A stretch of 64,000 nt of DNA from Geopsychrobacteraceae bacterium (GTDB lineage Bacteria > Desulfobacterota > Desulfuromonadia > Desulfuromonadales > Geopsychrobacteraceae), in NCBI GenBank assembly GCA_963662315.1, contig OY759353.1:4128001-4192000 (forward strand), written 5' to 3'. Below, one piece after another: positions 52,085 to 61,576 of the stretch. Each line of letters opens with the position of its first letter. Positions within the stretch are counted from its first letter, which is position 1. Both the position numbers and the translations under genes were made by a program. Below the pieces are notes generated by a model, which was given only the letters and a program-made list of their open reading frames with translations, ran no database searches and was not told the DNA's origin.

Positions 52085-53998
52085 TCATCCCACCATCTTC
52101 GAAAAATGGTGCTTGGTTGAATCCTGTAGTTTGCTGGCAACGCGGAACGCTTCTTTGAGTAGATCCTGCTCGTTGTTGGTTAAACTTTTGGGGGGCAAAT
52201 AGTGGCTTGGCGGCTTGCCCGCTTCGAGGAGTGTTATCTCGTTGCGCAGACGCAGGAAGGTAAATGCTTCAAAGGCTGCCTTGATGTGTTCTGCCGACTC
52301 ATGGGTGAAAATTCCCAATTCGACCAGCTTGTCCAGGCGCTCGATGGTGGTGGTTGCCTCTAACTGCTGCTCAAGGGCAAACATGCGCACGCAGTCAACA
52401 ATGAAAATGCTGCCCGCCTGCTTGAGCGACAGTTGCCCCTTGTGTTCTCCCGAGCGATCCGGGGCAAAACGACCGATAAGGCTAAGGGGAACCTTGTGCC
52501 TGAAGTCAAGGGTCATCATGTGATAGAGGAAAATCGGATGGGCCTTGATCAACTGACGAACGATATCGCGCAGGTCCTGACATAAGGATGCGTCCCCGGC
52601 AATCGGCATAAAGTCGAAAAAGATCGACGAATAGCGAACCCGCTGCGGTTCCGGGACCCTGATCCAGGAACTGATGCGCTCCAGCCATTGCTGCAGCCGT
52701 CCCCGCCACAGCGGATTGCTGGCCATGACATTCCCTTTGCAGCGCGAATAGCCGATGTCTGCCAGGGCGCTCACCAGCGCGTCCGCAAACGGGACGAAGA
52801 ACGCTTCGACCTCAGCACTGCGTTCTTCCGGGTAGTCCTCAAAGATAAAACCATTGTCCTGATCCGGCCCCAGCAACATCTCTTTACGGCCACCACTGCC
52901 CATGATGATGAAGCAATGTTTAATTTCAGGAAGTTTTGCCCCGGACTGCTGTCGGGCCGCCAGTACCAGCTCATAGGCACGGCGAATGATGCGGTGGTGG
53001 ATATAAGAGATAATCTCCATGGTTTCAGTATGGGAGCGGGATTCGCTCAGCAATACCCGGGCGACCTTGACCAGCTCTTTACGGGCCGTCACCAGATCGG
53101 CAATGGAATCGGCCTGGCTGATATTGCCGACCAGCAGCATCGATTTCTGGCTGCGGTAGCGCATCAGGTCCTGCAGTGTCACCAGTCCGACCAGTTCGCC
53201 CTGGTCGAGGATTGGTAAATGACGAATCTTTTTTCCCATCATGAAGGTGGCAGCTTCATACATAAAGGTGTCAGGGGACAGCGTATACGGGGGGGAGGTC
53301 ATGACCATGCTGGCCGGGGTCTGTTTGCAATCGGTATTGTCGAGTGCGATTACTTTGGCGACCAGATCGTGTTCAGTGATGATGCCAATCAGGTTTCTGT
53401 CCTGGTCACAAATCAGGGCCGCACTGCTGCCACTGCGGGTGATGGCGATGGCCACCTCTTTGGCCGAGGCGTCGGGTGAACAGATTTGGACCTCGCTATT
53501 CATGATTTCGGACAGACGCTTTTTAAACGGATAGGCCTCCACCTGAGCAAGGGTGTTCTGGCTGTGCTCGCTGACCATTTCTGAATAAAGATTGCGAATA
53601 CGCGAATAGATGACCCTGTTGAAATGTTCAGCCAGGTGCGGAAAATCTGTGGCGATATCGTGCAATACCTCCTGGGGAATCAGGAAACAGGTGGTTTCTT
53701 TGGCGGTGCGCGCTCCCGCTGTATAGCCTTCGTCGGTGAAGATCGGGGTGCCGCCAAAAAACGACCCGTCGCGCCGGTAGTCAACGATCATTTCCACCCC
53801 GCCGGGCGTCTGTACAACAATCTCAATCAGCCCTGATTTAATGACATACAAAAATCCCGAAGGAGGATCCTGCTGTTTAAAAATATGCATGTGGGGTGGA
53901 TACTTTTTTAGAACTGCAGCCTCGTTCAGCCGGGCGCAGACTGCTTTGGGCAGGGTGGAGAAAGGTTCGGCTTCGGCCAGGGTCCTAACAAGATCCAT
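52085..53998 (-). CDS. cNMP-binding/CBS/DUF294 nucleotidyltransferase-like protein
   Basis: N-terminal cNMP domain, CBS pair, GSGGRKE..DQDNG NTase motif and MASNPLW. Confidence 0.88.
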   Translation of the reverse strand: MDLVRTLAEAEPFSTLPKAVCARLNEAAVLKKYPPHMHIFKQQDPPSGFLYVIKSGLIEIVVQTPGGVEMIVDYRRDGSFFGGTPIFTDEGYTAGARTAKETTCFLIPQEVLHDIATDFPHLAEHFNRVIYSRIRNLYSEMVSEHSQNTLAQVEAYPFKKRLSEIMNSEVQICSPDASAKEVAIAITRSGSSAALICDQDRNLIGIITEHDLVAKVIALDNTDCKQTPASMVMTSPPYTLSPDTFMYEAATFMMGKKIRHLPILDQGELVGLVTLQDLMRYRSQKSMLLVGNISQADSIADLVTARKELVKVARVLLSESRSHTETMEIISYIHHRIIRRAYELVLAARQQSGAKLPEIKHCFIIMGSGGRKEMLLGPDQDNGFIFEDYPEERSAEVEAFFVPFADALVSALADIGYSRCKGNVMASNPLWRGRLQQWLERISSWIRVPEPQRVRYSSIFFDFMPIAGDASLCQDLRDIVRQLIKAHPIFLYHMMTLDFRHKVPLSLIGRFAPDRSGEHKGQLSLKQAGSIFIVDCVRMFALEQQLEATTTIERLDKLVELGIFTHESAEHIKAAFEAFTFLRLRNEITLLEAGKPPSHYLPPKSLTNNEQDLLKEAFRVASKLQDSTKHHFSKMVG

Positions 53999-54172
53999 CA
54001 GCAACCTCATACAGGTAGAATGGTGTGAATCTGTTCCCGGTTGGGACATGCAAAGATGCCAAAGTCCGCTAAGGGACTCTGGCATGAATTATTACCACAG
54101 GGCTGTTGTGATGAAAAGGGAGAGTCCGTTGACTCTCAGTGTTTGCGATGCAGAAACTCAATTTTTTCTTTG

Positions 54173-54547
54173 CTATTTTGACGCTGTAACCAATTTCTTT
54201 TTGCGGCCAAAAGTAAACGGGTGCGCCTGGGAGCGGATGATAAAGTCAGCAATAATCTTTCCCCAGATTGTCAGCCCGGCCATAGCGCTCCACTCGTCAT
54301 AGGTGAAGCGCGCCATCACCACCCCGATAATAATCCAGATGGCTATAGCGCCACAGGCCAGATTAAGCAGACCGGTCACCGGAGCCCATTTTTTCGGATG
54401 CGCAGGGGGCAGCCCGCGTTTGATGGCGACTTCAGCATAATTCTTTCGGACCAGAATGCGCCAACTGCGGCGCAGCCAGAAAAAGGCCATGGGAAACAGG
54501 GCCAGAAACAGAATCCAGGTCATTGCGATGCTGACATCAAAAATCAT
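54173..54547 (-). CDS. Hypothetical membrane protein
   Basis: Three hydrophobic segments; start MIFDVS follows a GGAG RBS. Confidence 0.65.
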   Translation of the reverse strand: MIFDVSIAMTWILFLALFPMAFFWLRRSWRILVRKNYAEVAIKRGLPPAHPKKWAPVTGLLNLACGAIAIWIIIGVVMARFTYDEWSAMAGLTIWGKIIADFIIRSQAHPFTFGRKKKLVTASK

Positions 54548-54618
54548 AAGCGTGCTCCCTTGTGTTTCATCCTCCCCCGCCAGGTGCAGCAGGGGAGGTT
54601 TTGAGTATTTTTCAGGAC

Positions 54619-54761
54619 AGTTTTCAGATTGGCAGCGAGCAATTTTTCGTCGTAGCCAGGAAATCAAGGGCTTGCGCGGAGGCGTAGTGCTTTACGCCGC
54701 ACAAGCAAGCCCGTAGATTGACGCCGCTATGGCGGAAAAGGGCCGTTGCCAAATGAAAACT
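54619..54761 (-). mobile_element. ~143-bp MITE-like structured repeat, copy 2
   Basis: Inverted homolog of 31781-31923. Confidence 0.8.
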
Positions 54762-56572
54762 CAGTGGTGGGCACCATCAACCGCCTTCGATCCACGCGGC
54801 GTGCGCACATCTTCAACCATCTGAGCAATATGATCAGGAACGGCCGGAGTCATATTCTTGACGGCAAATGCGACTGCAAAGTTGACAATGGCACCGATAG
54901 CACCGAAGGCATTCGGTGAAATCCCGAAGAAGAAGTCAGGCTTGCCACCGAACATCCACAGGAATTCTGTTCCCTTGACGAAGAATATACCTTTGTGGGC
55001 GAAGACGTAGATCATGGTCACGGCAAGACCTGCCAGCATGCCGGCAATTGCGCCCTGCTTGTTCATGGTCTTACTGAAAATGCCCATCATCAGCGCCGGG
55101 AAGATGGAACTGGCAGCCAGACCGAAGGCGATGGCAACCGTACCGGCAGCGAACCCCGGAGGATTGAGACCCAGATAACCGGCGACCACGATCGATCCGG
55201 CCATGGCGATTTTACCGGTGAGCAGTTCCTGGGCTTCGGTCATATTCGGCGTCCAGACGTTCTTGAACAGGTCGTGAGAAATCGCCGATGAAATGGCCAG
55301 AAGCAGCCCGGCAGCCGTTGACAATGCCGCAGCCAGACCACCGGCTGCAACCAGGGCGATAACCCAGTTGGGCAGCAAGGCGATTTCCGGGTTGGCCAGA
55401 ACCATAATATCCTGATTAACTTTAAGTTCGCTGCCTTTCCAGCCAGCAGCCGCAACTTTGGCCTGGAAGGCCGGATCTTTCGATTTGTCGTTGTAATACT
55501 GGATACGGCCATCACCATTTTTGTCTTCGAACTTCAGCAGGCCGGTGACTTCCCAGCGGTGCATCCAGTCAGGACGATCTTTAGCGACGATACTGCTTTC
55601 AGGCGCGAATATATCGCCGCCGGATTTTACCGCGGTATTAACGGTCGCATGCAGGTTAAGGCGCGCCATGGCGGCAACGGCAGGGGCCGTGGTATAGAGG
55701 ATGGCGATAAAGACCAGCGCCCAACCGGCAGAAGAACGGGCGTCCTTGACCGTAGGTACGGTAAAGAAACGCATGATAACGTGGGGCAGCCCTGCAGTAC
55801 CAATCATCAGGGATGCCGTGTAGACAAAGTAGTTGAGCATGCTTCCGGGAACCTGGGTGGTGTACTTGCCAAAGCCGAGGTCGGTAACAACATGGTCAAG
55901 TTTTGCCAGCAGGCTCATGTCGGTGCCGCTGAAGGTGGCGCCGAGGCCCAGCTGAGGTAACGGGTTGCCGGTCAGCTGCATGGAGATAAAGATGGCCGGT
56001 ATGGTGTAAGCCAGAATCAGAACACAGTACTGAGCCACCTGGGTGTAGGTGATTCCTTTCATGCCGCCAAAAACGGCGTACATGAAAACGATGGCCATAC
56101 CGATGTAGACACCGGTTGAGTTAGAGACGCCTAGGAAGCGTGAGAAGGCAACTCCAACACCGGTCATCTGGCCGATGATGTAGGTCAGCGATGCCGCCAG
56201 CAGACAGATAACGGCAACCAGGCTCGCTCCTTTGGAGTAAAAACGGTCACCGACGAACTGCGGTACGGTAAATTTGCCGAATTTACGCAGGTAGGGAGCC
56301 AGTAACATGGCGAGCAGAACATAACCGCCAGTCCAGCCCATCAGGAACAGGCCACCACCCCAACCCATGTTAGCGATAAGGCCGGCCATGGAGATAAATG
56401 ATGCTGCAGACATCCAGTCGGCGCCGGTTGCCATACCGTTAAGGACCGGATGGACTGAGCCACCGGCTGCATAAAATTCACTGGTACTTCCCGCGCGGGC
56501 CCATATAGCGATGCCGATATAAATGGCAAAGGTCAGGCCGACAACGAGATATGTCATAGCTGTAAGTCCCAT
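54761..56572 (-). CDS. Sodium:solute symporter, ActP-like (paralog)
   Basis: Same signature motifs as 48956-50785. Confidence 0.9.
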   Translation of the reverse strand: MGLTAMTYLVVGLTFAIYIGIAIWARAGSTSEFYAAGGSVHPVLNGMATGADWMSAASFISMAGLIANMGWGGGLFLMGWTGGYVLLAMLLAPYLRKFGKFTVPQFVGDRFYSKGASLVAVICLLAASLTYIIGQMTGVGVAFSRFLGVSNSTGVYIGMAIVFMYAVFGGMKGITYTQVAQYCVLILAYTIPAIFISMQLTGNPLPQLGLGATFSGTDMSLLAKLDHVVTDLGFGKYTTQVPGSMLNYFVYTASLMIGTAGLPHVIMRFFTVPTVKDARSSAGWALVFIAILYTTAPAVAAMARLNLHATVNTAVKSGGDIFAPESSIVAKDRPDWMHRWEVTGLLKFEDKNGDGRIQYYNDKSKDPAFQAKVAAAGWKGSELKVNQDIMVLANPEIALLPNWVIALVAAGGLAAALSTAAGLLLAISSAISHDLFKNVWTPNMTEAQELLTGKIAMAGSIVVAGYLGLNPPGFAAGTVAIAFGLAASSIFPALMMGIFSKTMNKQGAIAGMLAGLAVTMIYVFAHKGIFFVKGTEFLWMFGGKPDFFFGISPNAFGAIGAIVNFAVAFAVKNMTPAVPDHIAQMVEDVRTPRGSKAVDGAHH

Positions 56573-56586
56573 AGTCGTGTGCCTCC

Positions 56587-56841
56587 CTAGTCTTCGTGAA
56601 CGTCAAATTTTTCGTCGATCTTACCCATCAGTTTGGCGTAGATGAAAATCAGAGCAACGAAAATGTAGATTGACCCTTGTTGGGCAAACCAGAAGCCAAG
56701 GGGATAGCCACCAAGAGAAATGTTGTTGAGAACCGGTGCCAGTAGAATGCCGAAGCCGTAAGAAACAACGAACCAGACGATCAGCACATTTCTGATCAGC
56801 CCTAAAACCGCTTTCCAATAAGCAACACCTTTGTCGTCCAT
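56587..56841 (-). CDS. DUF4212 small membrane protein
   Basis: YWK..L, VWFVVSY and GYPLGFWFAQQGSI. Confidence 0.88.
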   Translation of the reverse strand: MDDKGVAYWKAVLGLIRNVLIVWFVVSYGFGILLAPVLNNISLGGYPLGFWFAQQGSIYIFVALIFIYAKLMGKIDEKFDVHED

Positions 56842-56966
56842 ACATAACCTCCTCTTAAAATTTGTGTGTTCCTGTCATTTTCAGCCCTGGATTGAATCTG
56901 AAGTCTTGCTTCCCTTAATAACCTCCTTTATCGCCTTCGTTACTCAAGATCCTTTTTCATCCGTGG

Positions 56967-57725
56967 TTAACTTTGTATTCTCGGAGTGTAGGGGCTAAAC
57001 CCGAGTCGTGCCGATATGGTTTCGCCAGCCGCGATCAGGGCTGGCAGTAACTCCTTATGAATCCGTTCCCTGTCAGTGCGGAAGCTGGGGGCGACCATGG
57101 CCAGGCACCCGGCCAGCATTTCTCCTTGCGTAAAAATAGGCACCGCAACACAGGTGCTCTCTTCGCCAACGCCATTACGGTCTATGCAGTATCTGCGCTG
57201 ACGGCACTTGTCCAACTCTTCTTCAAGCTTGTTGTCCATGATGTAGAGGTCTTTCAGCCGCTCAGAGAATGCCAGGCAGATCTTTCCGGAGGCACAGTTT
57301 TCGGTCGGGAAACGTTCCCCCGCCAGGGGAACGACTTTTACCTTTTGTGTGTTATCGGCCATTTCCAGGAACAGGACATCGCGCCCGCGGCAAACAACCA
57401 GGTAGACTGCTTCGTCACATTGACGGACCAGCTGTGCCATGACGGGTCTGGCTTTGGTTAGCAGGTCCATCTTCGACAGCAGCTTCTGGCTGATTTCAAA
57501 AGCACTCATCCCCAGCTGGTACTCACCCGTGTGCTGATTACGCTCGACATAGCCATGGTTCTCAAAGGTTGCCATCAGGCGGAAGAGGCTGGCTTTGGTC
57601 ATATCCAGCCTGTCACTGAGCTGGGCCAGACTGAGTTTGGTATTCTCATTGGCGAGGATTTCAAGTAGAAGCAGTGCATTCTCTACTGAGCGGATATTGT
57701 AAGATTCTTTATCCCTGCCTGGCAT
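56967..57725 (-). CDS. IclR-family transcriptional regulator
   Basis: IRSVENALLLLE HTH, SGK and CVAVPIF effector domain. Confidence 0.9.
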   Translation of the reverse strand: MPGRDKESYNIRSVENALLLLEILANENTKLSLAQLSDRLDMTKASLFRLMATFENHGYVERNQHTGEYQLGMSAFEISQKLLSKMDLLTKARPVMAQLVRQCDEAVYLVVCRGRDVLFLEMADNTQKVKVVPLAGERFPTENCASGKICLAFSERLKDLYIMDNKLEEELDKCRQRRYCIDRNGVGEESTCVAVPIFTQGEMLAGCLAMVAPSFRTDRERIHKELLPALIAAGETISARLGFSPYTPRIQS

Positions 57726-57807
57726 AGCGTCCCTTACCTGCTGGGCCGGCTTTAAACCGGCTCTTCATTTTGGTCAGAAATGTTATGGCTGATACCTTTT
57801 ATGTAAG

Positions 57808-57836
57808 AACGATAATACGCTGTTATATTATTGTCA
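57808..57836 (-). promoter_or_regulatory. Putative sigma70 promoter of the iclR-symporter operon
   Basis: Minus strand TTGACA-17 bp-TATCGT. Confidence 0.55.
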
Positions 57837-58346
57837 ATTCAGTTTTTCGAATAATTGCGCTTGTAGTGGTTATTGGTGGGTGGTTAAGGCTGTGCTTGCT
57901 GAAGCTAACTATAAGTTAATATTTATAAAAAATGATTTATTGAAATATTAAAAAAATAGTAAAACGATGTTTATATAGATAGTATAAAAAATTAGATATC
58001 TGGTGTTATTTACTTCCTTTCTGGGATGAAGTTACACGTCTGGTACATATCATGGTTGCTGTGGCGGGAGTATTTCATACTAAATAGGTCGACTATTTGA
58101 ATTATGGCAAATAATGTTTCGTTTGCCGGAATGAGCAGCAATTTAATGAAGTGGTGTTTTGAAAATGATGACCGGAAGGGTTAAAGAAGGAAGAGGCTGA
58201 ACATATGTGCGGCCTTTTTGGCAGAGGCCTGTCTCCAGGTTCGATGTGACTAAAAAATGGGCGATTTAATTTTTTTGTGGTTAAAACATGATCAGTTAGG
58301 ATGTTTATTGACGAGCTGGTGGTAGGGATAACGGGTTTCTGCAGTT

Positions 58347-58363
58347 TTGGCACGCTTCCTGTA
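58347..58363 (+). promoter_or_regulatory. Putative sigma54 promoter of the guanidine operon
   Basis: TTGGCACGCTTCCTGTA: perfect -24 box, GT instead of GC at -12; ~20 nt before the riboswitch. Confidence 0.55.
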
Positions 58364-58382
58364 GATCTACCTCGGAAAGTAG

Positions 58383-58482
58383 TGCAGCTAGGGTTCCGGC
58401 TTTTTAAGAAGTGACTGGTCCGAGAGCTGCAGCCTGGTCGGTGAACAGCGGCCCGGTACACGGCGGGATAAAAGCCCGGGAG
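58383..58482 (+). ncRNA. Guanidine-I (ykkC-yxkD) riboswitch
   Basis: TGCAGCTAGGGTTCCG..CTGGTCCGAGAGCTGCA..ACACGGCGGGATAAAAGCCCGGGAG upstream of carboxylase-linked ABC genes. Confidence 0.93.
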
Positions 58483-58568
58483 AATCGTGAGGGTTGGCAA
58501 CGTTAAAGCCAAAACCTTGGTTCTCCGTCAGCCCTCTTAACCTTACACAAATTAGGAGGTCTGGCATC

Positions 58569-59636
58569 ATGACTAAACGTATTCTCACCATTCTCATTGT
58601 CGCGGTCTTTATGACTGCTTCTCTTTCCACCTCAGCTTTTGCAGAAAAGCGTCACCATTTCAAACTGGCCTGGTCTATTTATGTCGGCTGGATGCCCTGG
58701 GGGGAAGCTGCTGCCCAGGGGATCGTTAAAAAGTGGGCTGACAAGTATGGCATTGATATCGAGGTTGTGCAGTTCAACGACTATATTGAATCGATCAACC
58801 AATACACGGCTGGTGCTTTCGACGCTGTAACCGCCACCAACATGGACACCCTGGCCATCCCCTGTGTCGGCGGCATCGATACAACGGCATTGTTGATTGG
58901 GGACTTTTCCAACGGTAATGACGCTGTCATCCTCAAAGGGACCGATAAACTGACCGCGATCAAGGGGCAGCCGGTCAATCTGGTTGAACTCTCCGTTTCT
59001 CACTATCTGCTTGCCCGCGCCCTCGATTCCATCAACCTTAAAGAACGCGATATTACCGTGATCAACACCTCTGATGCGGATATGATCGCCGCTTTTTCTA
59101 CCCCGGATGTTACCGCGGTAACCACCTGGAATCCGTTGGTTGCCGAAATTATGACGATGCCGGATGCCCACAAGGTTTTTGATTCCAGCAATATCCCCGG
59201 AGAAATTATCGACCTGACCGTTGTCAATACCAAGGTGATTCAGGAAAACCCGGAATTTGCCAAAGCTCTGACTGGTGCCTGGTACGAAATGATGGCGTTG
59301 ATGAAGCGGAAGGACGCGGCCGGTAAGGACGCACGGGCCGCCATGGGCAAGGCCTCCGGCACCGATCTGGCTGGCTACGACATGCAGCTGAACAGCACCA
59401 AGATGTTTTTCCGTCCCGATGAAGCCGTCTTCTTCGGCCAGAGTCAGCAACTGCACCGGACCATGGATACGGTCCGCAACTTCCTCTTTGAACACGGTCT
59501 TCTCGGCGACGCCGCGGCCAGCCCGGATGTGGTCGGTATCGCGTTTCCGGACGGCAAAGTTCTGGGCGACAGCGGCAATGTCACCTTCCGTTTCGATACC
59601 TCCTATATGAAGCTGGCTGCTGAAAACAAACTGTAA
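58569..59636 (+). CDS. ABC transporter substrate-binding protein, urea-carboxylase-associated (likely guanidine)
   Basis: WSIYVGWMPW, NDYIESINQY, DFSNGND and IPGEIID. Confidence 0.9.
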   Translation: MTKRILTILIVAVFMTASLSTSAFAEKRHHFKLAWSIYVGWMPWGEAAAQGIVKKWADKYGIDIEVVQFNDYIESINQYTAGAFDAVTATNMDTLAIPCVGGIDTTALLIGDFSNGNDAVILKGTDKLTAIKGQPVNLVELSVSHYLLARALDSINLKERDITVINTSDADMIAAFSTPDVTAVTTWNPLVAEIMTMPDAHKVFDSSNIPGEIIDLTVVNTKVIQENPEFAKALTGAWYEMMALMKRKDAAGKDARAAMGKASGTDLAGYDMQLNSTKMFFRPDEAVFFGQSQQLHRTMDTVRNFLFEHGLLGDAAASPDVVGIAFPDGKVLGDSGNVTFRFDTSYMKLAAENKL

Positions 59637-59678
59637 GCAGATTATCAACCACACGTTTTCAGATTGGAAATGATTATC

Positions 59679-60503
59679 ATGAAATTACGCATGATCAATC
59701 GAAGGCCGGACCGGCATATCAGTATTGTGCTGATGTTGCTCCCCTTTGCCCTGATGCTGCTGGCTTATGTGGTCGGTTCGGAAATACGCCTCGCGGACAA
59801 CCCGAAGGACAAGTTGCTCCCCGGCCTCCAGTCGTTTGCCGACGCCATTCAGCGGGTGGCCTTTACCGCAGACAAACGCAGCGGTGACTACCTGCTGTGG
59901 GCAGATACCCTGGCCAGCATGGCACGGCTGGGGTGTGGCATGCTGGTCGCGACTTTGATCGGTATGCTGGTCGGGGTTCACATTGGATTGTTGCCCATCT
60001 GTCGGGCCGGACTGTTGCCGTTTGTTACCGTGACCTCGATGCTGCCGCCACTGGCGGTTCTGCCGATCCTGTTTATTGTGTTCGGTCTTGGTGAAGTCTC
60101 GAAAGTGGCCCTGATTGTGATTGGGATTTCCCCGATCATTATTCGTGATATCACGCTGCGGGTCGAAGAACTTCCCAGAGAACAGTTGATCAAAGCTCAG
60201 ACCCTCGGTGCCAGCTCCTGGCAGCTGGCGATCCGGGTGGTTCTGCCCCAGGTCTGGCCACGGCTCATCGATGCGGTACGCCTGACGTTGGGATCGGCCT
60301 GGCTGTTCCTGATTGCCGCCGAGGCAATCGCCGCCCAGAGTGGGCTGGGTTATCGCATCTTTTTGCTGCGGCGTTACCTGGCCATGGACACCATCCTGCC
60401 CTATGTCGCCTGGATTACCTTTTTGGCCTTCGCCCTTGATTTCTTCCTGCGACGCCTGCAGGGCTGGCTGTTCCCCTGGTTTGCCGCGGAAAGGGGGCGT
60501 TGA
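59679..60503 (+). CDS. ABC transporter permease (SsuC/TauC-like)
   Basis: PPLAVLPILFIVFGLGE, KAQTLGAS and AWLFLIAAE. Confidence 0.9.
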   Translation: MKLRMINRRPDRHISIVLMLLPFALMLLAYVVGSEIRLADNPKDKLLPGLQSFADAIQRVAFTADKRSGDYLLWADTLASMARLGCGMLVATLIGMLVGVHIGLLPICRAGLLPFVTVTSMLPPLAVLPILFIVFGLGEVSKVALIVIGISPIIIRDITLRVEELPREQLIKAQTLGASSWQLAIRVVLPQVWPRLIDAVRLTLGSAWLFLIAAEAIAAQSGLGYRIFLLRRYLAMDTILPYVAWITFLAFALDFFLRRLQGWLFPWFAAERGR

Positions 60504-61303
60504 TGTCGCACGTTAAAGTCGAAAAAGTCTGGAAGTACTTCGGCAGTCAACCGGTGCTGGAAAATATCAACCTTGATGTCGCGTCCGGTTCCTATGTCTC
60601 CATCGTTGGTCCATCCGGTTGTGGCAAGTCGACCTTCCTGCGCCTGCTGCTCAGTCAGGAGACTCCGACAGATGGGAAGATTCTCCTCGATAATGAAGCG
60701 ATTGCCCTGGAACCGTCGGAGGAGCGGGGCGTGGTTTTTCAGCGTTATTCGGTGTTTCCGCACCTTAATGTCCAGGAAAACGTTGCCTTGGGGCTGGAAT
60801 TTTCCCAGGCAAAAATCCTGGGCAAGCTGTTTGGCCGCAAGAAGCGGGCGGTGCTCGATGAATGTCGCCACTATCTCGATTCTGTTGGGTTGGATGCCGC
60901 ACGGGAAAAATACCCTTCAGAGTTGTCAGGTGGTATGCAACAGCGCCTGGCCATTGCCCAGGCGCTGATCAAGAAACCCAAGGTTTTGCTGCTCGATGAA
61001 CCGTTCGGGGCCCTTGATCCCGGTATTCGCGCGGATATTCACAAATTGATGCTGCGGCTGTGGCGGGAAACCGGCATGACGGTGTTCATGGTCACGCATG
61101 ATTTGCGCGAGGCGTTTCACTTAGGCAACCGGATTATCGTCTTTGACCGCTACCGGACCCGGGAAGAGGAACTGGCTCACTATGGTGCGACCATCACCCT
61201 TGACCTGAAGCTGGGTGAAAACGATCCGTTAAAGCTCAAGGCCAGACAGGAAGGGGGCAGTGATGAGGGGTTTGCCCTCAAAGAGTTGCAAGCTGCGGGC
61301 TAA
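60503..61303 (+). CDS. ABC transporter ATP-binding protein
   Basis: GPSGCGKS, LSGGMQQR and LLDEPFGALD. Confidence 0.92.
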   Translation: MSHVKVEKVWKYFGSQPVLENINLDVASGSYVSIVGPSGCGKSTFLRLLLSQETPTDGKILLDNEAIALEPSEERGVVFQRYSVFPHLNVQENVALGLEFSQAKILGKLFGRKKRAVLDECRHYLDSVGLDAAREKYPSELSGGMQQRLAIAQALIKKPKVLLLDEPFGALDPGIRADIHKLMLRLWRETGMTVFMVTHDLREAFHLGNRIIVFDRYRTREEELAHYGATITLDLKLGENDPLKLKARQEGGSDEGFALKELQAAG

Positions 61304-61486
61304 GAGTTGGTTGGATAGTTTGCTTTGCGGGAATGGCCGGACTTAGGCCTTCCCATCTCCAGGGCCGCTTGAACCCATCCATGGTGCTTGACTGTCGCCA
61401 TCCGGGCGACAGACACCCTTCCGATGGGAAGTCCTAAGCCCGTCCTGGAGCATTGTTAAATATTTAATCTTAGAAAAAACTTCCGG

Positions 61487-61541
61487 CCGGGACGACCCGG
61501 TATGGCATACGCCATTGTGGAACAAACCCGGGACGACCCGG
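61487..61541 (+). ncRNA. Guanidine-II (mini-ykkC) riboswitch
   Basis: Two identical hairpins CCGGG-ACGA-CCCGG (ACGR loops), 27 nt apart, ~35 nt before the start of the next gene. Confidence 0.85.
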
Positions 61542-61576
61542 ATTCGCACAAAGACTGTGCGTCATGGAGAAGCCTG

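Noticed and set aside
57860..58100. Very AT-rich stretch (origin or foreign DNA?)
   Set aside because: Consistent with a divergent promoter region; no iterons or DnaA-box cluster seen
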